A stretch of DNA of 64,000 bases from Dictyostelium discoideum (Eukaryota), in NCBI GenBank assembly GCA_000004695.1, contig CM000152.2, positions 2,624,001-2,688,000 of the forward strand, given 5' to 3'. Of this stretch, positions 27,015-40,393 are shown one piece after another. The first letter of the stretch is position 1. Every line of letters begins with the position of its first letter. The translations under genes were made by a program, and so were the position numbers. A model generated the notes under the pieces. The model was not told the origin of the DNA. It ran no database searches and was given only the letters and a program-made list of their open reading frames with translations.

Positions 27015-28371
27015 TTAAAATTCAATTATAGGCTCCCAATTTCCTCCATCCCAATTATTCACATTTGAATAAGTGAGTTTTTGTTTATATTTTGAACTTC
27101 TGTAAATGGATTTGGAATATGGGAAATTTGTTAAAAGAGTATCGAAAAGTAATAATTGAAGAACTGATTGTGGTATTTCACTTATTTTTTGATTAAATCC
27201 ATCTAATAAAAACAAACATTGAACACTATTTGGTATTGAACCTTTTAATAATGGTTTTTTAATTGCACCAACTAATAGATACATAATTGATTGTGGTAGC
27301 ATACCTTCTTTTAGTTGAACATTGAATCCATCAAGTAATACCAAATATTTAACCGATGTTGGAATTGAACCTATTTTAATTGTTTTAACACTTGGTGCAA
27401 TCGCTACATGAGTAGTACCATTTGGAATGATAGAATCATTTTTATAAATAAAATATTCTATTCCTGCAGCTTTATATAAATAATAATTTATATTAATAAC
27501 TTCTATTAAAACAATCTAATATTATAATTCTATTAAAATACTATAGTATTTTTTTAAAATATTTACCAGTAACTCTTTTTGGATCCTTTACATTTGTAAT
27601 AGAGAGAGAATTGCTAATTTCAAATATTTCTTTAATTGATTCTTTAACTTGTTTACTATTATTTACAATATTTACATTTTTATATTGATCCATTAATTCA
27701 TTGATTTTATTTTCATTTTGATTATCTTTTATTAATAGTCGTGATTGACAACAATGTTTTAATATTTCAATATGTTGATAACTATTATTATTATTAATGA
27801 TTTGATCAATATTTATTTGATTTATTGTATTTTTATATTTATTTGTAATTAAATTAATATTATTTGAATTATCATGTACAATGGTTGAAATGTTTGTATT
27901 GATATCTTTATTTTCATCATAGAGTGTTACTAATTGTTTGATTTTATTATTTTCAATGATTTGTAATAATTTGAAGAGTTTTTTAAATACTTCTGTGATT
28001 GTATTTACATTTTCAGTGTGTTTATCTTCTAATGATTTAAATAAATTATTTGATTCATTTAATAACTCATTATTGATACCTATTTGTTTATCTAAATTTT
28101 GAAGGTGATTATTTTTAAATTCTTCAAAGATTTCTTTTGAATTCTCTACATCTATACGACCAAATTTATGACCATTATGATCTAAAAGAATACATTCATT
28201 ACATACTACATCCTGTTATAATTGTAATCATACAAAAATGAGCGACAATTACTTTTTATTTAAAGGGTGGAAACATGTTAAAATAATTACCTTACATGTT
28301 GCACAAATCATTTTGATTTTGTGCTCTTTATGTATTGCACATTTGTTATCATATTTATTTATACTATCCAT
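27015..28371 (-). CDS. B-box zinc finger / coiled-coil / FNIP-repeat protein, array copy 3 (393 aa); exons 28291..28371, 27567..28212, 27015..27469
   Basis: MDSINKYDNKCAIHKEHKIKMICATCK|DVVCNECILLDHNGHKFGRID… B-box C-x2-H-x8-C-x7-C-x2-C-x4-H-x2-H; FNIP exon …LLDGFNVQLKEGMLPQSI…LLDGFNQKISEIPQSV…NWDGGNWEPIIEF*; exon lengths 81/646/455 give intact frame. Confidence 0.8.
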
Positions 28372-28474
28372 CATGTGAAAGAATTTTTATTGAAAATTAG
28401 GGAAAAAAAAAAATTTTAAAAAAAAAAAAAAAATATAAAAAAAATAAAAAAAATAAAAAAAATTTGATCGATGT

Positions 28475-28570
28475 AAAATTAAATGTTGTAGGGAATTTTT
28501 TTTGAAATTTCGCTTTCTAAACGGCAGTGAATTTTTACACTAAAATACACTGTTATGCATGGTGTAAAAA
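28475..28570. mobile_element. MITE-like short repeat family 1 (TTGTTGTAGGGAA… / …CAGTGAAWTTT internal palindrome) copy
   Basis: gttgtagggaattttttttgaaatttcg…cagtgaatttttacac…gtgtaaaaattcactaaaa; related copies at 30655, 35709, 40901, 59534 and partial 28815-28880. Confidence 0.5.
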
Positions 28571-28699
28571 TTCACTAAAATTTTTTTATTTTTATAATTA
28601 AATTAAAAAACAATTTATTTAATCAGAACAATAAAAAACCAATTTTATTCAGTTATTTGCTTGTTATTTATTTTTTTATAACAAAAAAATTTAGTTTGC

Positions 28700-28755
<56 letters not shown>

Positions 28756-29493
28756 CAAATTTTTTTTTTCAACATTAAATAAAATTTTTTTTTTTTTTTT
28801 AAAACAAAAAAGTTAATTTGTTGCAGGGAAATTTTTTTTTTTTTTAAAACAAAAAAGTTAATTTGTTGCAGGGAAATTTAAATTTCTTTCCCCTGAACTG
28901 AGAATTTTATTATTTAATTTCACTACACCAACTGAGTGAAAAAAAAAAAATCATTAACCCACCAAAATTCATTGGTATATTACAAAAGTAAATTGATTTA
29001 TGAAAATGAAATGTTTTTTTTTAAAAATTATATTGTAAAGGTTTTATTTAATAAAGTTTATTGTTATTTTTCTAATTTTACCTTTTTTAAAATTTTTTTT
29101 TAAAGTTCAATTTCAGGCTCCCAATCAATCACATTTGAGTTTTGTAACAAGATCTCAAAAATATCTTGTTAATACTAATATTTATTTAATTTTATGAAAT
29201 GTTCTAAACAGAACATTTAAAAATAACTATTAATATTGAATTAATAATTAAATATTAATTATTACTAACTTAATTTATTTTAATAAATTGTTTCATTTTA
29301 TATAATAAACTCCCTAAACCCAATTAAACAATAATTCAAAAATAAATAATAATTTAGAATATAGTTTTGTTTCAACATTTTATTATGACACATACAATTC
29401 AGAAAATAATAATAATTTATTTTATTGTTTTGTTTAAAGGGGTTTTCTCCCGTTGTAATTAAATTTAATTAATTTTAAATTAAATTTAATTTT

Positions 29494-29541
<48 letters not shown>

Positions 29542-29705
29542 TTTGAATTTCACAAAAGTTTTCGTAATAGATATTAGATACCAGATATTAAAAATGTCAC
29601 ACAAAATCACCATATAAAATAATAATATAAATTTAAAAATAATTAAAAGAGAAAATAATAATTAAATTAAAATAATATAATATTGTAGTTTAAATTGGAT
29701 CTAAC

Positions 29706-29833
29706 CCTATCGGCTGAGGTTGGAGTAGTTAACAGATTTGAGTTCGCTCAAATCTAAGGACTATAAAAGAAAACTAGGTTTCTAATTCAACCTCAGTAAT
29801 AGATATATACAAATAATAAAAACGCGATAGGGC
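29706..29833. repeat. 128-bp nested imperfect palindrome (ccctatcg…ctgaggttg…agatttgag-ttcg-ctcaaatct…caacctcag…cgataggg); candidate structured RNA or foldback element
   Basis: Three concentric complementary segment pairs readable directly. Confidence 0.5.
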
Positions 29834-30299
29834 TACGGTCATTAATTAATTTTTGCGTACATTTATTTCTTAAATAATTAATCATTTACTTTAATAATAA
29901 TAAAATAAATAAATTCAATAATAATAAAACAATAAATAAAATTAATAATAAATAATCAAATTTTATTAAATAATTTATTTTAAAAGAATGTCAACTAATA
30001 ATAACGAAGATATTGATAATGATGAATTGCAACAACAGGATAATGAGGAACAAAAACGACAACCACAGGTATCAACATTCAATGAACAGCAACGTCAAAT
30101 AAGGGAACAGCAGCAGGTAATAGATAAACAAAATCAACTTCTTCAACAACACATTCAATTAATAAATCAACAATCTCAACAACAATTAAATAATCATTCG
30201 ACACCACCATCACCCAACATTGCAACACCAATAACTTCAGCAGCAATAACCAACACAATAAAGAAATCATTAGGAAAAATTAACACTGATGATACCGAC

Positions 30300-30970
30300 C
30301 ACCAGTTGTTACAAGTTTTTTTGTTAAATCCATCTAATAAAATTAAATCAATAACACTATTTGGTATTGAACCTTTTAACAATGGTTTTTTAATTGCACC
30401 AACTAATAGATATAATTGATTGTGGTAGCATACCTTCTTTTAGTTGAACATTGAATCCATCAAGTAATAGCAAATATTGAACCGATGTTGGAATTGAACC
30501 TATTTTAATTGTTTTAACACTTGGTGCAATCGCTACATAAGTAGTACCGTTTGGAACGATAGAATCATCTTTATAAATATAACATTCCTGCAGCTTTATA
30601 AAATAATAATTTAATATTAATAACCTCTATTAAAACAATCTAATATTATTATAATTGTTGTAGTGAAAAATTTCACCAAGTATAACAGGGAAAAAAAAAT
30701 TGTTAAATTTCCCTACAACAATAATTCTATTAAAATAATATAGAATATTTACCAGTAACTCTTTTTGGATCCTTTACAATTGCAATAGAGAGAGAATCGC
30801 TAATTTCAAATATTTCTTTAATTGATTCTTTAACTTGTTCACTATTATTTACAATATTTACATTTTTTAATTGATTCATTAATTCTTTGATTTTATTTTT
30901 CATTTTGATTATCTTTTATTAATAATTGTGATTGATGACAATGTTTTAATATTTCAATATGTTGATAACT
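30300..30970 (-). pseudogene. B-box/FNIP family copy 4: truncated FNIP exon fused to unrelated sequence plus 3' half of exon 2, cut off by (att)n tract
   Basis: …GMLYL*… AGMLYIYKDDSIVPNGTTYVAIAPSVKTIKIGSIPTSVQYLLLLDGFNVQLKEGMLPQSI… then frameshift; exon 2 ends at microsatellite 30975-31055; no exon 1. Confidence 0.6.
30655..30721. mobile_element. MITE-like family 1 copy (67 bp) in intron 2 of array copy 4, flanked by TAA duplication
   Basis: attaTAA|ttgttgtagtgaaaaatttcac…aaatttccctacaacaa|TAAttc; orthologous intron of copies 2,3,5,8 reads attataattc (empty site). Confidence 0.6.
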
Positions 30971-30974
30971 ATTA

Positions 30975-31051
<77 letters not shown>

Positions 31052-31089
31052 TTATTATACTAATAATAATATAGATTTATGAAAAAATG

Positions 31090-31330
31090 AAAAGTTGTAT
31101 GCAAGGAAATAATGGAAAAGAGATATGATAAACTTGTTGAATCAGTTGGCTTTTTAAAACATCCTATATCTAATGTGCTTTATCGTGCAATTGCTGCTGA
31201 ATCTACCTCTATTGTTATTGAAACTCCCACTGATTACCAAATCCAAAAAAAATTACTATTCTGGTAAAAGCAAAAGTCATGTGGTTAAATTATTCGTAAA
31301 CATGATAGCTTTCCAATCTTGGGTAATTAT
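31090..31330 (+). mobile_element. Degenerate DNA-transposon fragment encoding HTH-type transposase N-terminus
   Basis: …MEKRYDKLVESVGFLKHPISNVLYRAIAAESTS… ; inverted, more complete copy at 42290-42560. Confidence 0.4.
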
Positions 31331-31383
31331 TTTAAATAACCAAATCACTACCTCTTACCTTAATACTTTGTTATTAATTTTTA

Positions 31384-31426
<43 letters not shown>

Positions 31427-31595
31427 TATTTGTAACATTATTATTTTATTTTTTTTTGGAAAAAAAATATTCAAAATACGGTAAACATTTTTTAATTAAT
31501 TTACCCTAAGCATACTTGAACCTATTTTTTTATTATCTTGTATCATGGTAATATTTTTAGGTTTAGTTAATAATTTTGATAATTTCCAACATAAA

Positions 31596-31638
<43 letters not shown>

Positions 31639-32013
31639 TTATTATTATAATAATTATATATTATTGGTATTTTTTATTTATAAAAATTAAAATCTGGGAC
31701 AATAAAAAAAAATAAAATAACAAAATTTGTTTAAGGGTCATTTTTATTTTTATTGATTTTATTGATTTTATTTTTATTATTTTTATTGATTTTATTATTT
31801 TTATTTTTGTCGTTTGAGAAAGTTTTTTTTTTTTTTTTTTTTGCTTGGAATCTAATAAAATAAATTGTTGTAATTGAATTAATTTTTTTGTTTGATAAAT
31901 ATTATTTATAAGCAGAAAGTTAAATAATTAAGATTAATATTTAATTAGCTATATAAGATTGGAAAAAAAAAAAAAAAAAAAAAAAATTCGGTCTAATTGA
32001 TTATTATTATTTT

Positions 32014-33370
32014 TTAAAGTTCAATTTTAGGTTCCCAAGTTGACAGATTCCAATCTTTCACTTTTGGGTGAGCGAATTGTTGTTTATATTTTGAAGTTCT
32101 GAGAATAAAATTTTGAAATGGGAAATTTGTTAAAGGAGTATCAAATAGGTATAAATGAACTGTTGATTGTGGTATTTCAGTTATTTTTTGATTAAATCCA
32201 TCTAATAAAGACAAATCAGTAACACCATTTGGTATTGAACCTTTTAATAATGGTTTTTTAATTGCACCAACAAATAGATGTGTAATTGATTGTGGTAGCA
32301 TACCTTCTTTTAGTTGAACATTGAATCCATCAAGTAATACCAAATATTTAACCGATGTTGGAATTGAACCTATTTTAATTGTTTTAACACTTGGTGCAAT
32401 CGCTAAATGAGTAGTACCATTTGGAATGATAGAATCATTTTTATAAATAAAACATTCTTTTCCTCCAGCTTTATATAAATAATAATTTATATTAATAACT
32501 TCTATTAAAACAATCTAATATTATAATTCTATTAAAATACTATAGTATTTTTTTAAAATATTTACCAATAACTCTTTTTGGATCCTTTACATTTGTAATA
32601 GAGAGAGAATTGCTAATTTCAAATATTTCTTTAATTGATTCTTTAACTTGTTCACTATTATTTACAAAATTTACATTTTTATATTGATCCATTAGTTCAT
32701 TGATTTTATTTTCATTTTGATTATCTTTTATTAATAGTCGTGATTGACAACAATGTTTTAATATTTCAATATGTTGATAACTATTATTATCATTAATGAT
32801 TTGATCAATATTTATTTGATTTATTGTATTTTTATATTTATTTGTAATTAAATTAATATTATTTGAATAATCATGTACAATGGTTGAAATGTTTGTATTG
32901 ATATCTTTATTTTCATCATAGAGTGTTACTAATTGTTTGATTTTATCAATTTCGATGATTGGTAATAATTTGGGGAGTTCTTTAAATACTTCTGTGATTG
33001 TATTTACATTTTCAGTGTGTTTATCTTCTAATGATTTAAATAAATTATTTGATTCATTTAATAACTCATTATTGATACCTATTTGTTTATCTAAATTTTG
33101 AAGGTGATTATTTTTAAATTCTTCAAAGATTTCTTTTGAATTCTCTACATCTATACGACCAAATTTATGACCATTATGATCTAAAAGAATACATTCATTA
33201 CATACTACATCCTGTTATAATTGTAATCATACAAAAATGAGTGACAATTACTTTTTATTTAAAGGGTGGAAACATGTTAAAATAATTACCTTACATGTTG
33301 CACAAATCATTTTGATTTTGTGCTCTTTATGTATTGCACATTTGTTATCATATTTACTTATACTATCCAT
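32014..33370 (-). CDS. B-box zinc finger / coiled-coil / FNIP-repeat protein, array copy 5; exons 33290..33370, 32566..33211, 32014..32468
   Basis: Same three-exon structure and junction sequences as copy 3; exon lengths 81/646/455; FNIP exon …LLDGFNQKITEIPQSTVHLYLFDTPLTNFPFQNF…. Confidence 0.8.
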
Positions 33371-34188
33371 CGTGTGAAAGAATTTTTATGAAAAATTAGG
33401 GAAAAAAAAAAAATTTTGAAAAAAAAAAAAATATTATACTATTTTTTTTTTTTTTAAAAATTTAAGTCAAAATTTGAGTTGACAAAATTTAAGTCAATTA
33501 TTTTTTTATTTTTAACATATTTTTCATAAAAAAAAAAAAAATAAAATAAAAACAAGGGATAGGCATTAATTTTTTACTCTTTTTTTAAAAAAAATAAAAT
33601 TAAGTTTTCAATTAGTTTTCAAATAATTTTTATTCACTTCCCACAATCCCATTATTATTATTATATATTTGATACCTTTTTTAAAAGTAAAATATTAAAA
33701 TAATTTTTTTTTTTCAATTTTTTCAATTTTTTTTTTTTTTTTTCATTTTCATTTTAAAGTAGGCAATATAATATTAGTGAATGAATATATAAATGAATAA
33801 ATAAACGAATAAATAAATGAATAAATAAATGAATAAATAGACAAATAAACAAATAAACAATAAATAATAATTAAAAAACATCAAGTAGCTATTTCCAACA
33901 GGTTATCAAGTGGATTTATTCAATTTAGTTTAAATGGTAATTTTCTACTCATGACGGTAGTGATTGTAGAAATGGTGTTCAACAATTATCATTTGAAAAG
34001 GGTTTCTTTTTTAGAGTAGATAGTTCTTTATTTGAATTTTAAACCAAATTTAGTTAAACAATAAAATAAAATTTTTTTTTTTTTTTTCAAAACATATTTA
34101 CAAAGTTTTAGATTTATTAAAACTAGTTTTATTTTATTTATTTATTTTTTTTTTTTTTTTTTTCAATCAAGATTGTAGTTTTATTTTA

Positions 34189-35550
34189 TTATCTTTTTTT
34201 ATTGTTTTTAGTTATTATTATTATTAAGATTTGATTGAGAAGGTAATCTTTTTGGTAAAATTTTAGATGGAGTTGATGGTGCAGTATTTTGATCAATTTT
34301 AGTCCAAATTTCTTTAGCAGAACCACCAGAAACTTTATTAGTTTGAGTAGTGGTGGTTGAAGAAGAAGATGATGATGTAACAATGGTTTAGCAGTTACAA
34401 CACTTTCAAGAGTTGGTAATTTTGGAGATGGTGTAGTTGATAATGTTGAATTATCAATAGTTGTGGCCAATAATGATTCTCTTGATGATTCTTTAACTAA
34501 TGATGGTACAATAATTGATACCATCATTAGTTTAAGCACCACTTATTGTACCATCACTAATAAGTTCATCATCATCCATTGGTATATTAATAATATTAAC
34601 TGGTAATGGTAATGGCGAATCTAATTGTTGTTGTTGTGGTGGTGGTGATGTTGTTGTTTTTGTTGTTGTTGAAGAAGATGAAGAAGATGAAGAAGATGAT
34701 CTTAATTGCAGTGGTTGTAGTTGATTTATTACATTCTTCAATTGGTTCCTCTGGAATTGCATGCTTCAGTTTCTTGTTTAGTTAATTCTTTAGTTGGTTT
34801 AATTTCTTGTAAAATTTGACTAGCCGTTGTTACATTATGTTGATTTAAATCTTGTGATGAAGATAAAGAATTCTCTGCATTAACTTTTGATTGTAAAATA
34901 TCAAATGGTGATAATACTTCAGGTGCTTCATCAATCGATTTTGGATGATTGTTACTATTATGTTGTTGTTGTTGTGATGATGATGATATTGATAATGATG
35001 AAGATGAAGGTGAAGATGAAGCTGATTGATGATTTTCTCTTTCTTTACCAAGGAAATCAGTTGATCAATTCAAAGAAGAATTTAATTTTGGCATCATATT
35101 GCACCGACTGATGGTTTGCGTTGAATAAAACTTGTTGATCTGGTGATGATGGTATACCCCTAATTGTTGGGGATTATCCAACTGATACACTTGTAGTAGT
35201 ATTACCACCAATATTATTACTACTAGTATTTAATGGAGTTGGAATTGGTGTTAATGCACTACTTAATGATGGTGAAGATTGAGCTGATGATATCACATTA
35301 TTATTATTATTTATTTTTTATTATTGATAACAACTGGAGTAACACTTAGAATTGTTTTGAAAGAAACCTTCACTATCTAATTTTGCTGCTTTTGTTCTTT
35401 CATCTTTTGAAATTAATACCCAATTAAGTATTTTAATTTTGGTAATTCATTAATAACAAATAATATAAACTCTTCACATTTCTTTTAAATTAAATTATTT
35501 TCAAATGATAAATATTCTGAAGTTTTAGATTTCTTTAATGTTTGTTTGAT
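34189..35550 (-). pseudogene. Decayed S/T/Q-rich low-complexity gene with multiple frameshifts
   Basis: Collinear ORF pieces 34845-35051, 34532-34762, 34189-34542 in different frames; no intron signals at switches. Confidence 0.4.
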
Positions 35551-35583
35551 AATTTGTTGTCCTAAAATTGAAAATATGAAAAA

Positions 35584-35615
<32 letters not shown>

Positions 35616-35708
35616 ATAATAATAATTAACCATTAAAATAGGAATTAATAATTAAAAACAAAAAAATAATAAACTTTATTTGTTTTTTTGAAAAAAAAAA
35701 AAATTTAA

Positions 35709-35812
35709 GGTCAGTGAAATTAAATAAAAAAATTCAATGCTACTGTAGTGAAATTAAATAGTAAAATTCACTACGCTGGGCAGTGAAATTTTATTGAAAA
35801 TTCCCTACAACA
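35709..35812. mobile_element. MITE-like family 1 copy truncating array copy 6
   Basis: aatttaaggtcagtgaaatt…cactacgctgggcagtgaaatttt…ttccctacaacaa; same outer motif as copy at 59534-59632 (reverse complement). Confidence 0.5.
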
Positions 35813-36235
35813 ATATCTTTATTTTCATCATAGAGTGTTACTAATTGTTTGATTTTATCAATTTCAATGATTTGTAATAATTTGGAGAGTTCTTTAAATA
35901 CTTCTGTGATTGTGTTTACATTTTCAGTATGTTTATCTTCTAATGGTTTAAATAAATTAATTGATTCATTTAATAACTCAAAGATTTCTTTTGAATTCTC
36001 TACACCAATACGATCAAATTTATGGCCATTATGATCTAAAAGAATACATTCTACACATACTACTACCTATTATATTTATAATAATCATACAAAAATGAGT
36101 AAGGATCTTTTATTATTTAAAGAGGTGGATATTTGTTACGATAATTACCTTACATGTTGCACAAATCATTTTAATATCGTGCTCTTTATGTATAGCACAT
36201 TTGTTATCATATTTATTTATATTATTCATTGTGTG
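35813..36235 (-). pseudogene. B-box/FNIP family copy 6: exon 1 plus 5' part of exon 2 with internal deletion, 3' end replaced by MITE
   Basis: ATG ~36231 MNNINKYDNKCAIHKEHDIKMICATCK|…; exon 2 breaks at 35813. Confidence 0.55.
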
Positions 36236-36365
36236 AGAATTATTAAGAAAAAATAATGGAAAAAAAAAAAAAATTTAGAAAAAAAAAGTTTCTGGATTTT
36301 CAATTTAAATCAAAAAAAAAAAAAAACCCAGTTGCGATTTTAAAATTATTTTATTATTTTTTAAT

Positions 36366-36401
<36 letters not shown>

Positions 36402-36726
36402 CTTAAAAATTTAGTTATTTGACTGGAATAATTTATAATCTTAAATTTTATATTGGTTTTTTTTTTTTTATTTTTTTTTTTTTATTTTTTTAAAAACTTA
36501 TTTGTGATAATTTTTTAAAAGATTTTTTTATATAAAATATTGCCTATCTTTATTCCCAAAAAAAAAAAAAATTATAAAAAAATAAATGATAAATTATTAA
36601 ATAATAAAAATAGAAATTTTGAGAAAAAAAAAAAATAAAATAAAAAAAATGGTGAAAATGACCTAATAGATTTATTTAATGATGTTTTGTTATTATTTTA
36701 TAATTCAACTTTTTTTAAAAACTCAC

Positions 36727-37510
36727 CTAAAGTTCAAGTTTAGTCTCCCAAACACCATCCCAATTATTCACATTTGGATAAGTGAGTTGTTGTTTATATT
36801 TTGTGCTTCTGTATATGGTTTTGGAATATGGGAATTTTGTTAAAGGAGTATCAAAAAGTATTAATTGATTAACTGATTGTGGTATTTCAGTTATTTCTTG
36901 ATTAAATCCATCAAATAAAAGTAAATAATAAACACCATTTGGTATTGAACCTTTTAATAATGGTTTTTTAATTGCACCAACCAATAGAGATAATTGACTG
37001 TGGTAGCATACCTTCTGTTAGTTCAACATTGAATCCATCAAGTAATAGCAAAGCTTGAACCGATGTTGGAATTGAACCTGTTTTAATTGTTTTAGTACTT
37101 GGTGCAATCGCTACATGAGTAGTACCATTTAGAACCATAGAATCCTCTTTATAAATAAAATATTCAGCTCCTCCAGCTTAAATAAAAAATTTAATATTAA
37201 TAACCTCCATTAAAACAATCTAATATCATTATAATTCTATTAAAATAAAAATGAATATTTACAAATAACTCTTTTTGGATCCTTTACATTTGTAATATAG
37301 GGAGAATAGGTAATTTCAAATATTTCTTTAATTGATTCTTTAACTTGTTCACAATTATTTACAATATTTACATTTTTATATTGATTCATTAATTCATTGA
37401 TTTTATTTTCATTTTGATTATCTTTTAATAATAATTTTGATTGAGAACAATGTTTTAATATTTCAATATGTTGATCGTTATTATTATTAATGATTTTATC
37501 AATTTTTAAT
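36727..37510 (-). pseudogene. B-box/FNIP family copy 7: FNIP exon with 1-bp frameshift (~37000) and partial exon 2; no exon 1
   Basis: …LPQSIISIGWCN*… instead of …LPQSIKSLLVGAIKK…; exon 2 truncated at 37510 by unrelated AT-rich sequence. Confidence 0.6.
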
Positions 37511-37755
37511 TAATATTAAAATTTTTTTTTTATGGCAAGTTTCTTTTTTATTATCAGTTTGTTATAAATTCTATTATATTATAATAAAATAGTAAAATTT
37601 CTAACTTTTTTTTTCCAGTGGGTGTATATTGTCTCTTGTGAAAAAAATAAAATAAAATAAAATAAAATAAAATAAAATAAAATAAAATAAAATAAAATAA
37701 AATAAAATAAAAAATGATAAACTGGATTTATTTAATGATGTTTTTATGAATTCAC

Positions 37756-39115
37756 TTAAAATTCAATTATAGGCTCCCAACCACCACCATCCCAATTATT
37801 CACATTTGAACAGTGAGTGAGTTTTTGTTTATATTTTGGGTTTCTGTAAATGGTTTTGGAATATGGGAAATTTGTTAAAAGAGTATCGAAAAGTAATAAT
37901 TGATAAACTGATTGTGGTATTTCACTGATTGCTTGATTAAATCCATCTAATAAAAATAAACATAAAACACCATTTGGTATTGAACCTTTTAATAATGGTT
38001 TTTTAATTGCACCAACTAATAGAGATTTAATTGATTGTGGTAGCATACCTTCTGTTAGTTCAACATTGAATCCATCAAGTAATATCAAATATTGAACCGA
38101 TGTTGGAATTGAACCTATTTTAATTGTTTTAACACTTGGTGCAATCGCTACACGAACAGTACCATTTGGAATGATAGAATCATTTTTATAAATAAAATAT
38201 TCTTTTCCTCCAGCTTTATATAAATAATAATTTATATTAATAACCTCTATTAAAACAATCTAATATTATAATTCTATTAAAATACTATAGTATTTTTTTA
38301 AAATATTTACCAGTAACTCTTTTTGGATCCTTTACATTTGTAATAGAGAGAGAATTGCTAATTTCAAATATTTCTTTAATTGATTCTTTAACTTGTTTAC
38401 TATTATTTACAATATTTACATTTTTATATTGATTTATTAATTCTTTGATTTTATTTTCATTTTGATTATCTTTTATTAATAGTCGTGATTGACAACAATG
38501 TTTTAATATTTCAATATGTTGATAACTATTATTATTATTAATGATTTGATCAATATTTATATGATTTATTGTATTTTTATATTTATTTGTAATTAAATTA
38601 ATATTATTTAAATTATCATGTATAATGGTTGAAATGTTTGTATTGATATCTTTATTTTCATCATAGAGTGTTACTAATTGTTTGATTTTATCAATTTCAA
38701 TGATTGGTAATATTTTGGAGAGTTCTTTAAATACTTCTGTGATTGTATTTACATTTTCAGTATGTTTATCTTCTATTGATTTAAATAAATTATTTGATTT
38801 ATTTAATAACTCATTATTGATACCTATTTGTTTATCTAAATTTTGAAGGTGATTATTTTTAAATTCTTCAAAGATTTCTTTTGAATTCTCTACATCTATA
38901 CGACCAAATTTATGACCATTATGATCTAAAAGAATACATTCATTACATACTACATCCTGTTATAATTGTAATCATACAAAAATGAGTGACAATTACTTTT
39001 TATTTAAAGGGTGGAAACATGTTAAAATAATTACCTTACATGTTGCACAAATCATTTTGATTTTGTGCTCTTTATGTATTGCACATTTGTTATCATATTT
39101 ATTTATACTATCCAT
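37756..39115 (-). CDS. B-box zinc finger / coiled-coil / FNIP-repeat protein, array copy 8; exons 39035..39115, 38311..38956, 37756..38213
   Basis: Intact frame across exons (81/646/458 nt); junction sequences as in copy 3. Confidence 0.8.
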
Positions 39116-39712
39116 CGTGTGAAAGAATTTTTATTAAAAATTAGGGAAAAAAAAAAAATTTGAAAAAAAAAAAAAATTTGAAAATCTGATCTTATATTTT
39201 TTTATTTTTTTTTTTTTTTTTAAAAAATTTAAGTCAAAATTTGAGTTGACAAAATTTAAGTCTATTATTTTTTTATTTTTACCATATTTTTCATAAAAAA
39301 AAAAAAATAAAATAAAAACAAAGGATAGGCATTAATTTTTTACTCTTTTTTAAAAAAAAAAAATTTATTTCAAAAAAATAAAATTAAGTTTTCAAATTAT
39401 TTTTATTCACGATTTTTTTTATTTTTTTTTTTTATTCAATTTAATTTTTTATTCACTTCCACAATTCCATTATTATTATATTTGATACCTTTTTTAAAAG
39501 TAAAATAAACTTAAACAATAAATAAAATAAAATAAAATAAAAAGATAATATTAAAATAAACATAATCAAATATTAATTAACATAAAAAATTTTTTTAATG
39601 CACCACCAACTTTGGATTGAAACAAATTTTTTTAATGGAAATCCTAAATAAACTAAATTTAAATAATAAAATTTTTTAAATTTTGAACAGTCACTTTCAT
39701 TTATTTTGAATT

Positions 39713-39745
<33 letters not shown>

Positions 39746-40393
39746 CTTTCATTCATTGTTATTCAATAACAAATAATTAATTGTAAATAATTTACTTTTA
39801 TTTGAGCAAAAATCAAATGTAATTTCAAAATTCAAAATAAAATAAAAAAAAATAAATATATATTTTAATTTGTTTATTTTATTAAAATTTTTAAAAGCAG
39901 ATTTATTACTATTATTATTATTTTCACATGATTTGCGAAGTTTTTTTATTATTATTTTTATTTCCTTATTTTTATTTCCTTTTTTCCATTTCTTTTCTTT
40001 TCTTTCCTTTTCTTTCTTTTTATTTTTTATTTTTTTTATATATTTGACTTGGTTAGAAAGAACTTAAAATAAAAATTTTTAAAAATAAATAAATGCACAA
40101 AAAAAAAAAAAAGAGAAATATTAACACTTTTGTTTTTTGTTTTATAACAACACTATAAAAAAAAAATAAAAAATTAAACAAAATAAAAAAAAAATAAATA
40201 AATAAAAATAAAAATAAAAACAATTTTTAGGTTTGGGTTACCAAGATTTATTTAAATTTAAATTTAAAAAAGGAAAAAAAAAATTTTAGAAATCTGGAAA
40301 AAAAAAAAAAACTGAAACCAAATGGAAGAATTGGGAACCAATTTGCCAAAATCAAGTTTGTAGTGTTGTTATTATTATATAATTCATATTTTT

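Noticed and set aside
29988-30419. Q-rich plus-strand ORF (MSTNNNEDIDNDELQQQ…) suggesting a gene
   Set aside because: Its 3' third is simply the reverse-strand reading of the FNIP exon fragment. The 5' part has an atypical CAG/CGA-rich codon mix, no clear splice signals and no homolog. It is kept only as a low-probability possibility.
39870-40067. ORF 39870..40067 with F/L/S-rich translation
   Set aside because: It is a CT-rich simple sequence (ttcctt repeats) in the promoter region upstream of array copy 9, not coding.
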